Below, piece after piece: positions 8,563 to 21,754 of a stretch of DNA of 32,000 bases. Each line of letters starts with the position of its first letter. Positions within the stretch are counted from its first letter, which is position 1. A program made the position numbers and the translations under genes. The DNA is taken from contig NC_007969.1 in assembly GCF_000013905.1 (NCBI RefSeq), forward strand, positions 2,760,001 through 2,792,000, read 5' to 3'. Below the pieces are notes generated by a model. That model did not search any database. It saw nothing but the letters and a program-made list of their open reading frames with translations, and was not told where the DNA came from. The DNA is from Psychrobacter cryohalolentis K5 (GTDB taxonomy: Bacteria > Pseudomonadota > Gammaproteobacteria > Pseudomonadales > Moraxellaceae).

Positions 8563-9168
8563 CTAATAACGATTATTCACTTTCGTATAAGCATGTTTAG
8601 AATTGGCACCCAACAACAATCCGGCGCATAGACCACCAAAATGCGCCGCAAATGAGATACCTTGCTGCGGTATCAAACCTTGTTTGATAGTCAGCCAATA
8701 ACCCGTACCCATCACAATACAGGCAAGTAAATAGCCCCAACGCCTAGCGAACACTGCCCCACCTATCATAAACCCAAGCATCGCAAAACACAGCCCTGAA
8801 GCGCCGATATGAATCGTCAGTGGCGAAGCTATTATCCAAGTCATTATACCTGAGGCGATGATAAGCTTAAGAATAGTACGATAAGCGTTATTCTCAAATA
8901 AACCAAATAAGAACAAAATCTGCATCAGTGTCAGCGAATTTCCCACTAGATGTGAGAAATTACTATGCATCGTCCATGAGGCAAATACCCCTATCATACT
9001 GCCAATATCCAATGTTCTTGGTACGATACCGAAAATATTCCATAGACCAAAAAATACGGTGTCATTAAGAAAAAACATCACCCACATTGGTATCAGTACA
9101 AAAGCATATAGACCAAATACTTGCTTAATGCGTACGATTACAAGCGTTGCCAATTGCTGCCACTTCAT
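8563..9168 (-). CDS. Rhomboid-family intramembrane serine protease
   Basis: 201-aa protein with about 6 TM helices. It has the rhomboid motifs HxxxN (HLVGNSL), the GxSG catalytic serine (IGASGLCFAMLG) and the histidine helix AHFGGLCAGLLLG. Confidence 0.8.
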   Translation of the reverse strand: MKWQQLATLVIVRIKQVFGLYAFVLIPMWVMFFLNDTVFFGLWNIFGIVPRTLDIGSMIGVFASWTMHSNFSHLVGNSLTLMQILFLFGLFENNAYRTILKLIIASGIMTWIIASPLTIHIGASGLCFAMLGFMIGGAVFARRWGYLLACIVMGTGYWLTIKQGLIPQQGISFAAHFGGLCAGLLLGANSKHAYTKVNNRY

Positions 9169-9204
9169 CTACTGTTTTATCCTTTTTATCTTGTTAAACG
9201 CATG

Positions 9205-10257
9205 TTAATGACTGGTAGATAAAATCGTCGTTTCTACGGGTTTAAAAGATAGCGATGACGCATCTTTATTGGCAGTTAATATACTACTGGCGTGTAATAG
9301 TGAGGTTGAATGATAAGGCACGAGCGCCGTTGGTACAAAGCTACGAGCCGCATCGATATGCTTAACTGAATCATCAAAGAAAATATGCGGCGCAAATGTT
9401 TTAAGTACTGAAGTCTTTTCAAGCCCTCCCAAAAAAAACGCCATATCAATATCTACGCCCCAATTACGCAATGTTTTTATCGCTCGTAAGTCAGCTGGGG
9501 CATTGCGAGCCGTCACCAAGGCTATTTTCATCGGACAAGAATGCAGGCTTGCTGGCAGACGCTCTTGCATTTTGGACAGCTTAATCAATAACTCTGCATA
9601 AGGGCCTTTTTCTATCGGTAAATCGCGCATTTTGGCTTCACGGTCATGAAACGCTTGCAACCCTTTTTGCTTATAAAGCAGCTCGCCTGAATCATCAAAT
9701 AACACTGCATCACCATCGAAGGCAATACGCAACTGCTTGGTATCCAACTCATAAGTATTGACTGGCGTGGCATCTAATATCGCACAAGCACAGATATCAG
9801 CATCTGCAACCTGCTGCGCATCTTCAAGATTGGTCGTCAAAAACAAATCTACATTAAAATCTTTGATATAAGGTGCAATAGGGCTGCCAGATATAAATGC
9901 TGAGCGCGAAATGGTTAACCCATGTTCACGTATTGCATTTAGGACTTGAATACCTGTATCAGGGCTACTTTTTGAGACAATGACCACTTCTACCAAGGGT
10001 GCATTGACACCGTCATTCTTATTATCACAATCATGACAATAATGATTTAAATTCAATAGTGCTTTAATCAGCGGATAACCTGCGCCAATAGTCAACGGTT
10101 CATTTTCACGCTCAGTCATATAGTTGCGGAACTCTTTAACGGCATCGTGGGGACGCTGCTGTAAAAGCGATATGAGATGATTCTCAGACTCTGACAAATC
10201 AAATAAAGCGGTTGCAGAAATCGCGACTATGAGCGTGTTACTAAAATCGACAGCCAT
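9205..10257 (-). CDS. 5'-nucleotidase (PF06189-like, HAD-related)
   Basis: 350-aa ORF, 36 nt upstream of the rhomboid gene on the same strand, so probably one operon. Segments LIVAISATALFDL and RIAFDGDAVLFDDSGELLYKQKGLQAFHDRE ... FFDD match my memory of the bacterial cytosolic 5'-nucleotidase family. This is a recollection, not a search result. Confidence 0.6.
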   Translation of the reverse strand: MAVDFSNTLIVAISATALFDLSESENHLISLLQQRPHDAVKEFRNYMTERENEPLTIGAGYPLIKALLNLNHYCHDCDNKNDGVNAPLVEVVIVSKSSPDTGIQVLNAIREHGLTISRSAFISGSPIAPYIKDFNVDLFLTTNLEDAQQVADADICACAILDATPVNTYELDTKQLRIAFDGDAVLFDDSGELLYKQKGLQAFHDREAKMRDLPIEKGPYAELLIKLSKMQERLPASLHSCPMKIALVTARNAPADLRAIKTLRNWGVDIDMAFFLGGLEKTSVLKTFAPHIFFDDSVKHIDAARSFVPTALVPYHSTSLLHASSILTANKDASSLSFKPVETTILSTSH

Positions 10258-10377
10258 AAATGTTTACTTCTATTCTAAATATTCAAAATGGTAGCGTTTT
10301 ATTTTACTACATATTTAGGCAAGCCGTGTGGCTACTCCTGCTAATCACAACAATCCTCAATATATTTTTTTTATGAC

Positions 10378-10407
10378 AAAAAAAAGACTGCAATCGCAGT
10401 CTTTTTT
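10378..10407. terminator. Bidirectional rho-independent terminator downstream of the dodecin gene
   Basis: Hairpin AAGACTGC/GCAGTCTT (loop AATC) has an A-run on the left and T6 on the right. It lies 17 nt past the dodecin stop on the minus strand. Confidence 0.65.
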
Positions 10408-10423
10408 AGGTTTCAATCAACAC

Positions 10424-10660
10424 TTAGCTAATATCAGTACCATCATTAATAACAAAGCTTACAATCATAATGACATGATATTTACTGATTTTTCCATCAG
10501 TAACCCCTACTTTTTGCTCTTTTATCCAAGCGCCTTCAACATTGTTGACGGTCTTAGAAATCCGCTCAATACCTTGTTGAATAGCATCTTCAAAACTGCT
10601 TTCAGAGGTACTACTGATCTCGATATTCTTAGCAATAGTCATAGTATTTCTCGCATCCAT
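10424..10660 (-). CDS. Dodecin-family flavin-binding protein
   Basis: 78-aa ORF. The region IAKNIEISSTSESSFEDAIQQGIERISKTVNNVEGAWIKEQKVGVTDGKISKYHVIMIVSFVI follows the dodecin pattern (E-x-x-G-x-S-x-x-S-x-E-D-A ... W ... Y-x-V-x-x-x-V-x-F). The start is ambiguous: ATG at 10660 or ATG at 10642 (MTIAKN...). Neither has a good SD. Confidence 0.75.
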   Translation of the reverse strand: MDARNTMTIAKNIEISSTSESSFEDAIQQGIERISKTVNNVEGAWIKEQKVGVTDGKISKYHVIMIVSFVINDGTDIS

Positions 10661-10786
10661 GTGATTCTAAAATGAGTGTTTTAAGACAAGCTTATCGTAG
10701 AGATGCTACTTCAAAACGATGTCTCTCAATTATTCTAGCGTTATACATAGTACGCAACAATGCTCCAGTGTTATTTTATGTAGGAA

Positions 10787-12076
10787 TTAACTTAGTAGCA
10801 CTAAAGATATCGCTGGGAACGCGACCAAAATGACTAAGCGAATCAAGTCAGAGACAATAAAAGGCATCACCCCCTTGAACATATCGGACAGCTTAATATG
10901 TGGTGCCATTGCCTTAATCACAAAGATATTCATACCCATAGGCGGTGTAATGAGTCCGAGCTCTACGGTTAATACTGCAATAATACCAAACCAAACCGGA
11001 TCATAACCTAACGCAACAATGATTGGGAACACTACCGGAATCGTAATCACCAGCATCGCTAGGGCATCCATGAACAAGCCTAACAGAAAGTACATAATCA
11101 AAATGCAGATCAATACTATCATTGGGCTAACTGCCAATGTACCAATCCACGTCGCCAAACTATAAGACAAGCGCGATACTGAGATAAAGTAGCCGAGTGC
11201 TTCAGCACCAAGTAACATAAAGAAGACCACCGCAGAGAGGGCAAGCGTCTCAATTAATGATTGCTTAAGCCCCATCATTCGCATGCCTTTGGCAAAAGCA
11301 TAAGCCCAAGAGACAAACGCCCCAACTGCAGCGCCTTCTGTTGGGGTAAATAGCCCAAAGAAAATACCCGCGATAATCACGATGAAGATAAAGCTAAAGG
11401 GAATAAGACCTGTCAAAGAGATTAGCTTTTGTTTCCAAGAAGTAGGCTCCCCACGTTGTGCTAAATGTGGCTTCCAGCGTACCATGATCATAACAGTGAT
11501 TGAGTACATCACCATGCCGAGCATACCCGGTAAGAAGCCAGCGATAAACATATCACCAACTGACTGCTGGGTTAGGATGGCATAAACCAGCAGTGCAATA
11601 CTGGGCGGAATCATGATTCCCAAAGTACCACCAGCGGCTAAAATACCGCAGGCAAAGCCTGGCTGATAACCGTACTTCTCCATTTGTGGCAATGCTACTT
11701 TGGTCATGGTAGACGCTGTCGCCAATGATGACCCTGAAATGGATGCAAAGATACCCGATGAACCAATACCAGCAATACCTAGACTACCCCTAACGCCACC
11801 AAAGATAGTTCGAGTAGCATCAAATAACTTCCCTGCCATACCAGAATGAGAAGCAAAGACACCCATAAGTATGAACAATGGAATAGCACTAAAATCATAT
11901 TTCGCTAAAACATCAACGGGTAAGTCTTTGAGCATCTGCACCGCACCAATCGGTGCTGTCACGGCACCAAAGCCAACCAAACCAACACCAAGCATCGCAA
12001 GTGCAACAGGAACACGCAGCATGACCATCGCAATCATACATAACAAACCAATGGCACCAATAATTTCTGGACTCAT
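10787..12076 (-). CDS. dctM: TRAP transporter large permease (DctM family)
   Basis: 429-aa ORF with about 12 TM helices. The ATGA start/stop overlap with the upstream DctQ gene (12076-12073) indicates translational coupling. GGAG lies upstream. Confidence 0.92.
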   Translation of the reverse strand: MSPEIIGAIGLLCMIAMVMLRVPVALAMLGVGLVGFGAVTAPIGAVQMLKDLPVDVLAKYDFSAIPLFILMGVFASHSGMAGKLFDATRTIFGGVRGSLGIAGIGSSGIFASISGSSLATASTMTKVALPQMEKYGYQPGFACGILAAGGTLGIMIPPSIALLVYAILTQQSVGDMFIAGFLPGMLGMVMYSITVMIMVRWKPHLAQRGEPTSWKQKLISLTGLIPFSFIFIVIIAGIFFGLFTPTEGAAVGAFVSWAYAFAKGMRMMGLKQSLIETLALSAVVFFMLLGAEALGYFISVSRLSYSLATWIGTLAVSPMIVLICILIMYFLLGLFMDALAMLVITIPVVFPIIVALGYDPVWFGIIAVLTVELGLITPPMGMNIFVIKAMAPHIKLSDMFKGVMPFIVSDLIRLVILVAFPAISLVLLS

Positions 12077-12600
12077 GCGCCTGTCTCCTCAGCGTCAAAG
12101 AACTCGCCTGTTTTAAAGATGTTGATGGATTCGATCAATGAGCGAATGGCAAGTAAAACGCTTAAGAAGGCACTAATAGCGTAAATGGGCATCATAGATA
12201 TTCGAAGGTCTTGGGTGACTTTTCCGTACTCTATTGCATCAAAAGCGCTTTCATAGAGACCCCATGCGAACACGATACCAATGATAAAGAACCCCATCAT
12301 AAAGGTGCCCATCATGTAACCTTTAACGGCTTTTGACATCTTTTGTGTGAATACATCGACAATAATTTGTGAGCGTTCAACAAAAGCAGCAAAAGCACCA
12401 AGTAAAGCAAAGAGCATAAAGTAAGAGACAATCTCAACACTGCCTTTGACCGTAAATCCAAACTCACCACCGGTGAGCTTGAATACATAGCGGGCAATAA
12501 CATCTAGCATGGTGGTCAGTACAATGATAATGAGACTGATACCACCAATGAATTGACATAACCTTGAAATGAGGATGCTCAGTTTAACTAAAAATACCAT
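12073..12600 (-). CDS. dctQ: TRAP transporter small permease (DctQ family)
   Basis: The track ORF begins at 12672 and would overlap dctP by 56 nt. The in-frame ATG at 12600 (MVFLVKLSILISRL...) has AAAGGAG 7 nt upstream and sits 17 nt after the dctP stop. That gives a 175-aa, 4-TM protein of typical DctQ size. Confidence 0.85.
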   Translation of the reverse strand: MVFLVKLSILISRLCQFIGGISLIIIVLTTMLDVIARYVFKLTGGEFGFTVKGSVEIVSYFMLFALLGAFAAFVERSQIIVDVFTQKMSKAVKGYMMGTFMMGFFIIGIVFAWGLYESAFDAIEYGKVTQDLRISMMPIYAISAFLSVLLAIRSLIESINIFKTGEFFDAEETGA

Positions 12601-12616
12601 GCGAAACTCCTTTAGG

Positions 12617-13675
12617 TTAGACCTTACAGGCTGCACTGGCGGCTTTTGCTTTAGCATAAACGCCCTCTGCATCTAGACCTAGCGCTTTAACATCAGCAAG
12701 ATATTTATTGGTGCCTTTCTCAAGCGGTCCTTTCCAGTTAGGATCATTTAATGGATCAGGGATTTCAACGATTTCATCACCTTTTTTCCTAGCTGCTTCT
12801 ATTGCCATATCATCATGTTTATCAAATACTTCACCAACCTTATTGGCAAGCGCCATACCTGAATTTTTATCCAGTACCTTTTTCAAATCATCCGGTAAAC
12901 TCTCATATTTATCTTTATTCATAGTCACCATAAGCGCTGAACTATAAAAAGGAATATTGGTATGGTATTTGGTAATTTCGTCAATTTTAAAGGCGGTCAC
13001 AGCTTCCCATGGAAAACTCAAACCATCAACGACGCCGCGTTGCAAAGACGTATACATGTCATTGGCAGGCAAGCCTACTGGTGAGGCTCCCGCACTTTCG
13101 ATGATGTCGCCAGCAACCGCAGAAGGACGACGAATACGCATACCTTTCATATCTTCAGGTGTACGAATTAATTTGTTCGTTGTATGCAACGCACCCGGTC
13201 CAGCACCATACATAAACAACATATGCGTATCTTCATATTCACCAGCTAAAGTACCATCTTCATATAGAGTTTGGAGCATACAACCCATCTGAGTCGCTGA
13301 GTTTGATAAACCAGGAAGCTCAGTAATCTGAGTTAAAGGAAAGCGACCATTGGTATAGCCGTGTGCTTGTGAGCCAATATCTATCGTGCCTTTGGCAGCA
13401 GATTCATAAGTAACGTCTGCTTTAGCAAGACCAGCTGAAGGATATAACTCTACTTTTAAACGACCATTAGAATCTGCTTCTATTTGCTTAGCCCAAGGTT
13501 CAAAGACCTCTGTACTAATAGAGGAGGTTGCTGGCCAAAAATGAGAAAAGCGCAATGTGGTTGTTTCTTGAGAAGTTGCTGCAGAAGCATCAGTACTATC
13601 AGAAGCTTGATTAGAACAACCTAGAAGGCTAATAGCTGCTAATGCACCTATTGAAAAAAGAGGAGCTAACTTCAT
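12617..13675 (-). CDS. dctP: TRAP transporter substrate-binding protein (DctP family), predicted lipoprotein
   Basis: The track start at 13681 is a TTG. The ATG at 13675 has AAAGGAA 7 nt upstream. The N-terminus MKLAPLFSIGALAAISLLGCSNQ carries a lipobox (LLGC). The body shows DctP-type SBP features. Order dctP-dctQ-dctM. Confidence 0.9.
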   Translation of the reverse strand: MKLAPLFSIGALAAISLLGCSNQASDSTDASAATSQETTTLRFSHFWPATSSISTEVFEPWAKQIEADSNGRLKVELYPSAGLAKADVTYESAAKGTIDIGSQAHGYTNGRFPLTQITELPGLSNSATQMGCMLQTLYEDGTLAGEYEDTHMLFMYGAGPGALHTTNKLIRTPEDMKGMRIRRPSAVAGDIIESAGASPVGLPANDMYTSLQRGVVDGLSFPWEAVTAFKIDEITKYHTNIPFYSSALMVTMNKDKYESLPDDLKKVLDKNSGMALANKVGEVFDKHDDMAIEAARKKGDEIVEIPDPLNDPNWKGPLEKGTNKYLADVKALGLDAEGVYAKAKAASAACKV

Positions 13676-13950
13676 TATCAATTCCTTTTGATAACCATGG
13701 ATAGGGTATGAGTCTTTACTAATAAGTTAATTATAAGGTCAATTTCCGTATAGACTCTATAAATACTTTTAATTAACTAAAGTTGAAATACTCTTTAAAA
13801 TTAGCAGCTATAACGATATAAGTCAAATCATTTTAAATGAATAACAAGGAATATATTGAATATAAGATATAGCGATTTTCATAACAGAAAAAGCTTATTT
13901 GAGCCTTTCAGCTACAAATAAATCCTCTTATTTCCAAACGTCAGGCAAAG

Positions 13951-13983
13951 AAAATCCCCCGGCTAGATAACTAGTCGGGGGAT
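13951..13983 (-). terminator. Rho-independent terminator of the rRNA operon
   Basis: On the minus strand, a 13-bp hairpin AUCCCCCGACUAG-UUAU-CUAGCCGGGGGAU (one G-U pair) is followed by UUUUCUUUG. It lies about 15 nt after the 5S rRNA. Confidence 0.7.
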
Positions 13984-13996
13984 ATTTCAGAATAGA

Positions 13997-14112
13997 GAGC
14001 TGACGATGACCTACTCTCACATGGGCGAACCACACTACCATTGGCGCGACGATGTTTCACTTCTGAGTTCGGGAAGGGATCAGGTGGTTCCATCGTGCTA
14101 TTGTCGTCAGCA
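13997..14112 (-). rRNA. rrf: 5S ribosomal RNA
   Basis: The reverse complement reads (U)GCUGACGACAAUAGCACGAUGGAACCACCUGAUCCCUUCCCGAACUCAGAAGUGAAACAUCGUCGCGCCAAUGGUAGUGUGG...GAGAGUAGGUCAUCGUCAGC. It is colinear with E. coli 5S, including CCGAACUCAGAAGUGAAAC and the closing helix I. Ends are good to about 2 nt. Confidence 0.9.
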
Positions 14113-14293
14113 AAGGGGGTTAGATATGAGTCTGTTATTATTGTTTTGACGTCAAGATATTATCTATTGGTCGACCAACTTGTAACCTAACTGAATCAAG
14201 GTTAAAGGTGATATCGAAATTATATATATTCTATAGCCTAGGCTATACAAGATAGATTAATTAGAGCTTTCATACAAACCACTTGGGTGTTGT

Positions 14294-17155
<2,862 letters not shown>

Positions 17156-17533
17156 ATACAACCCCAAGTAGTCTTTCTCTAACCTTTATTACTAAAGATA
17201 GGAGTTAGATTTCTAAGTGCTATATAAGCCTAATTATGATAACGATATCACCTAATTTTATACGCTTGATTCAGTTCTCTTTACTTTTTTAATAACTCAC
17301 TACTGGGATAACAACTGATGTCGTTAAGTAGTGAGTTATTAAGGTTAGAAACAACGCGTGAACACGTGTTCCTAACCCAGACTCATATCTATGTTTTTAA
17401 ATAGTCTCTGTGCTCTCGTCGAGTCACAGATTCTGTATAAAACAGAAAGAAGTAATCTTGTCTTTGTTAAGACGAATCACTTGTTTCTATTTGATACCTA
17501 TTTATTTATTAGCATCTAAAGAAGTTTATTATG

Positions 17534-17609
17534 TGGTGGAGCCAAACGGAGTCGAACCGTTGACCTCCTGCGTGCAAGGCAGGCGCTCTACCAACTGAGC
17601 TATGGCCCC
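17534..17609 (-). tRNA. tRNA-Ala (anticodon UGC), CCA encoded
   Basis: Reverse complement: GGGGCCATAGCTCAGTTGGTAGAGCGCCTGCCTTGCACGCAGGAGGTCAACGGTTCGACTCCGTTTGGCTCCACCA. It has the G3:U70 identity pair, anticodon loop CTTGCAC and the GGTTCGA T-loop. Confidence 0.95.
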
Positions 17610-17615
17610 TAATAA

Positions 17616-17692
17616 TGGTAGGCCTGGGCAGACTTGAACTGCCGACCCCCGCGTTATCAACACGGTGCTCTAACCAGCTGAGCTACAGGCCT
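17616..17692 (-). tRNA. tRNA-Ile (anticodon GAU), CCA encoded
   Basis: Reverse complement: AGGCCTGTAGCTCAGCTGGTTAGAGCACCGTGTTGATAACGCGGGGGTCGGCAGTTCAAGTCTGCCCAGGCCTACCA. The acceptor stem AGGCCTG/CAGGCCT and anticodon GAT fit tRNA-Ile. It sits in the 16S-23S spacer, 6 nt from tRNA-Ala. Confidence 0.95.
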
Positions 17693-17777
17693 GTACGAGG
17701 CATATACCTCTAGCTAATAAACTAGCTTAAACTAAAGAACAACTTGTTGTGAATTCTTGCTGACCGAATGCCATCTA

Positions 17778-19317
<1,540 letters not shown>

Positions 19318-19626
19318 ATCTTGCTATGAAGTCCTTTAAAGAGACTTCTAAACTTGGCTCATCTAATCTGGCAAAATCGCTAAAAATTATGTTCGTAATG
19401 AATTAACTTTGAGTTTTTTTACTGTCTTAAATGATAATTTTTATAGTTAGAATTCTATCGAAAAGATAGTCAACCAACTTTATTTTTTAGCATTCTGAAT
19501 CAGCAAAAATCCACACAAGTTGTTCTTTAGTTATGCTTTTAAATAATGTCTCTACTGTCGTCCAGTAAGAGTATTCTTACTAAATATGCTAAACCAATCT
19601 GGCTTATCCTATTTAGCGAGCTGACC

Positions 19627-19654
19627 ATCATATCATGTTTTAATAGTCTGTCAA
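19627..19654 (-). promoter_or_regulatory. Candidate sigma-70 promoter (rrn P3, proximal)
   Basis: Minus strand: TTGACA - 16 nt - TATGAT, followed by the G/C-containing segment GGTCAGCTCGC. It lies about 300 nt upstream of mature 16S. Sequence match only. Confidence 0.4.
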
Positions 19655-19745
19655 CTTCTTTTCTTAATTTGTTTCTTTAAGTTAACTGGTTAGTTATTGT
19701 GTAATCACACAGTAGCTACTTCCAGTTCGTCTTAATGAGGTGCGT

Positions 19746-19773
19746 ATTATAGACGCTTTAATTAGTAAGTCAA
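19746..19773 (-). promoter_or_regulatory. Candidate sigma-70 promoter (rrn P2)
   Basis: Minus strand: TTGACT - 16 nt - TATAAT, followed by ACGCACC (a GC-rich discriminator, as in stringently controlled rRNA promoters). Confidence 0.5.
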
Positions 19774-19880
19774 GAAGTAAATTATTTTAATTTGAGTTAA
19801 CTTAAAAGTAATTTTTTCGGTTGGCTAAATTGTCTAAGCGATAAACCACTCCAACCCGCCTTCCTCTCCGACTGGAGGGC

Positions 19881-19908
19881 AGTATACTCTGTTTTAGTAG
19901 AGGGTCAA
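19881..19908 (-). promoter_or_regulatory. Candidate sigma-70 promoter (rrn P1, distal)
   Basis: Minus strand: TTGACC - 16 nt - TATACT, followed by the GC-rich discriminator GCCCTCC. An A/T-rich tract lies upstream (possible UP element). Confidence 0.5.
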
Positions 19909-20068
19909 GGGGGTTTGCCCGATATTTTGGCGATTATCTACTCTTATCATCAATACCATCTATTTATCAGTCAGTTAGGGTTGAAAGTGGTTTTACCTTT
20001 ACCAAAATCAATTCTTGTCTTTAGTTAGTGCTTATATATAGCCTCATAGCTTCTTCTATATAACACTT

Positions 20069-20788
20069 TTATAGCTTACCTATCTTTTTGAAGAAGTCTT
20101 TATAAGCAGAGACTTTTTTATCTAATGCTAAAGGATAGGCGCGCGAGGTAGAAGGCAGTCTATATAAGGTTAAACTATTAACATCAGCTTTTTTATTATC
20201 TTTATCCTGCCACTTATAAGGATAGTCCATACTTTGATTGGTTTTAGGGTACTTCGATTTGGCAGGTGGTTCAGCTAATAAGTTCAGTAATACCTCTGTT
20301 GCCTTACCACCAGTCGTGAATAGCGCCTGTACTTTCGGTACTTGCGGCAAAATTGTGTCTAGATCGACAGTGGTCACGACCGTAAGGTCTTTATCAGACG
20401 CATTGCCAGTTTCGCGAATCGCTTGTACTACCGTGGGACAAGAGGCAATACCACGCTCAAACATAAAGGCTCTAATGCGCTCAGGATCAAAGCGTTTTTC
20501 GTCCCCTACTCTAAAATAATCCGCATCATCAAAAAATACGCGTCCATAAATGCGCCACATGTCATTTTGAAAATTGGGATAATGGAACCTCATTGCCCAT
20601 TTATCGGCAGTGGGCGGAAAACTGCCCATCATCATGACGGTGGCATCAGGTGGTAGGACAGGACCAAAAGGATGGGTTTCGATATTTGCGCTATCGGTCT
20701 TTAATTTCTGTGTCCACACAAAGTCGTTAGCAGCTTTTTGTGGATGGATAGGATTATTCGGTGAGGTTTTGGTCATAAGATTCTTCAT
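20069..20788 (-). CDS. Uracil-DNA glycosylase superfamily protein (family-6/HDG-like or related)
   Basis: 239-aa ORF. Motif A-like segment VMMMGSFPPTADKWAMRFHYPNFQNDMWRIYG and motif B-like segment LYRLPSTSRAYP match my recollection of the UDG-superfamily proteins annotated as uracil-DNA glycosylase family protein. The start is uncertain (ATG 20788 or 20776, neither with a clear SD). Confidence 0.65.
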   Translation of the reverse strand: MKNLMTKTSPNNPIHPQKAANDFVWTQKLKTDSANIETHPFGPVLPPDATVMMMGSFPPTADKWAMRFHYPNFQNDMWRIYGRVFFDDADYFRVGDEKRFDPERIRAFMFERGIASCPTVVQAIRETGNASDKDLTVVTTVDLDTILPQVPKVQALFTTGGKATEVLLNLLAEPPAKSKYPKTNQSMDYPYKWQDKDNKKADVNSLTLYRLPSTSRAYPLALDKKVSAYKDFFKKIGKL

Positions 20789-21026
20789 CAGAAAAGCGGT
20801 TTTTTTGCTATCATAGCAGGGTTAAACACTACTTCATTTGTTATAGCGCTATATAGTCAAACATAGTCGGCTTAAACAAAACCGAGCTCGTTATAAATGC
20901 CTTTGGCTTACTTTTTGTTAAAGTATTAAGCTTACTATTGATGGGCTAAATATAGGGTTGAAGTGCAGTAAGTGTTGTATCTTTTATACTAATCAAGCAT
21001 CAGACCAAAAAACCAAGAGAATACTT

Positions 21027-21674
21027 ATGAGCGACTTAAAAATCACTGTTATCGATCACCCGTTAGTCCGTCATAAACTCAGCCTTATGCGCGAAAAAGA
21101 CTGTAGTACTTATAAGTTTCGTACATTAACCAAAGAGCTTGCGCGCTTGATGGCGTATGAAGCTAGCCGCGATTTTGAAATTGAAACCTTTCCGATGGAA
21201 GGCTGGTGTGGTGAAATCATTGGTGAGCAAATCATCGGTAAGACGGCAACTATCGTACCGATTTTACGCGCGGGTATTGGTATGCTTGATGGGGTGCTCG
21301 ATTTGATTCCTACGGCAAAAATCTCTGTCGTTGGTTTACAGCGCGATGAAGAAACCTTACAACCGGTGCCGTTCTTTGAAAAGTTTGTTAGCCACATGGA
21401 CAAACGCCCAGCCCTTATCATTGACCCAATGTTAGCCACTGGCGGCTCGATGGTTGCAACTATCGAAATGCTTAAGAAAAACGGCTGTACCAATATCAAA
21501 GCCTTGGTATTGGTTGCCGCACCTGAAGGCGTCCGTGTAGTCAATGAAGCACATCCTGACGTGACTATTTATACTGCTGCATTAGATAGTCATTTGGATG
21601 AGCACGGTTATATCATTCCAGGTCTGGGCGATGCTGGTGATAAAATCTTTGGTAAGCAATTATTTAATAAGTAA
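21027..21674 (+). CDS. upp: Uracil phosphoribosyltransferase
   Basis: The track ORF starts at TTG 20958. The ATG at 21027 ([25 protein letters not shown]...) aligns with the E. coli Upp N-terminus ([22 protein letters not shown]) and follows AAGAGA. The PRPP-binding region [12 protein letters not shown] and the C-terminal [15 protein letters not shown] are present. Confidence 0.93.
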   Translation: MSDLKITVIDHPLVRHKLSLMREKDCSTYKFRTLTKELARLMAYEASRDFEIETFPMEGWCGEIIGEQIIGKTATIVPILRAGIGMLDGVLDLIPTAKISVVGLQRDEETLQPVPFFEKFVSHMDKRPALIIDPMLATGGSMVATIEMLKKNGCTNIKALVLVAAPEGVRVVNEAHPDVTIYTAALDSHLDEHGYIIPGLGDAGDKIFGKQLFNK

Positions 21675-21754
21675 GCCAAAGCAGATAAACTAAGACAAGC
21701 TGTCGTCTCAAACAACATGACATATGTACAAAACATCAATGATAAGGATATAAG

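Noticed and set aside
10328-10675. 115-aa + strand ORF (GTG start) overlapping the dodecin gene
   Set aside because: It is antisense to a 78-aa ORF with a clear dodecin-family pattern and its own terminator. The + frame runs straight through that terminator hairpin and has no SD.
12601-12672. Longer DctQ start at 12672, overlapping dctP by 56 nt
   Set aside because: The internal ATG at 12600 has a consensus SD, gives a normal-sized DctQ and removes the overlap. The extra 24 residues are hydrophilic and unlike a DctQ N-terminus.
19338-19350. boxA-like antitermination element (CTCTTTAAAGG on the minus strand) in the rrn leader
   Set aside because: It matches the E. coli boxA consensus only partly and lies very close to mature 16S. 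I could not confirm it, so it is not annotated as a feature.
20958-21026. TTG-initiated 23-codon extension of upp
   Set aside because: Alignment with the E. coli Upp N-terminus, as I recall it, fits the ATG at 21027. The extension ([23 protein letters not shown]) has no SD and is more likely the 5' UTR.
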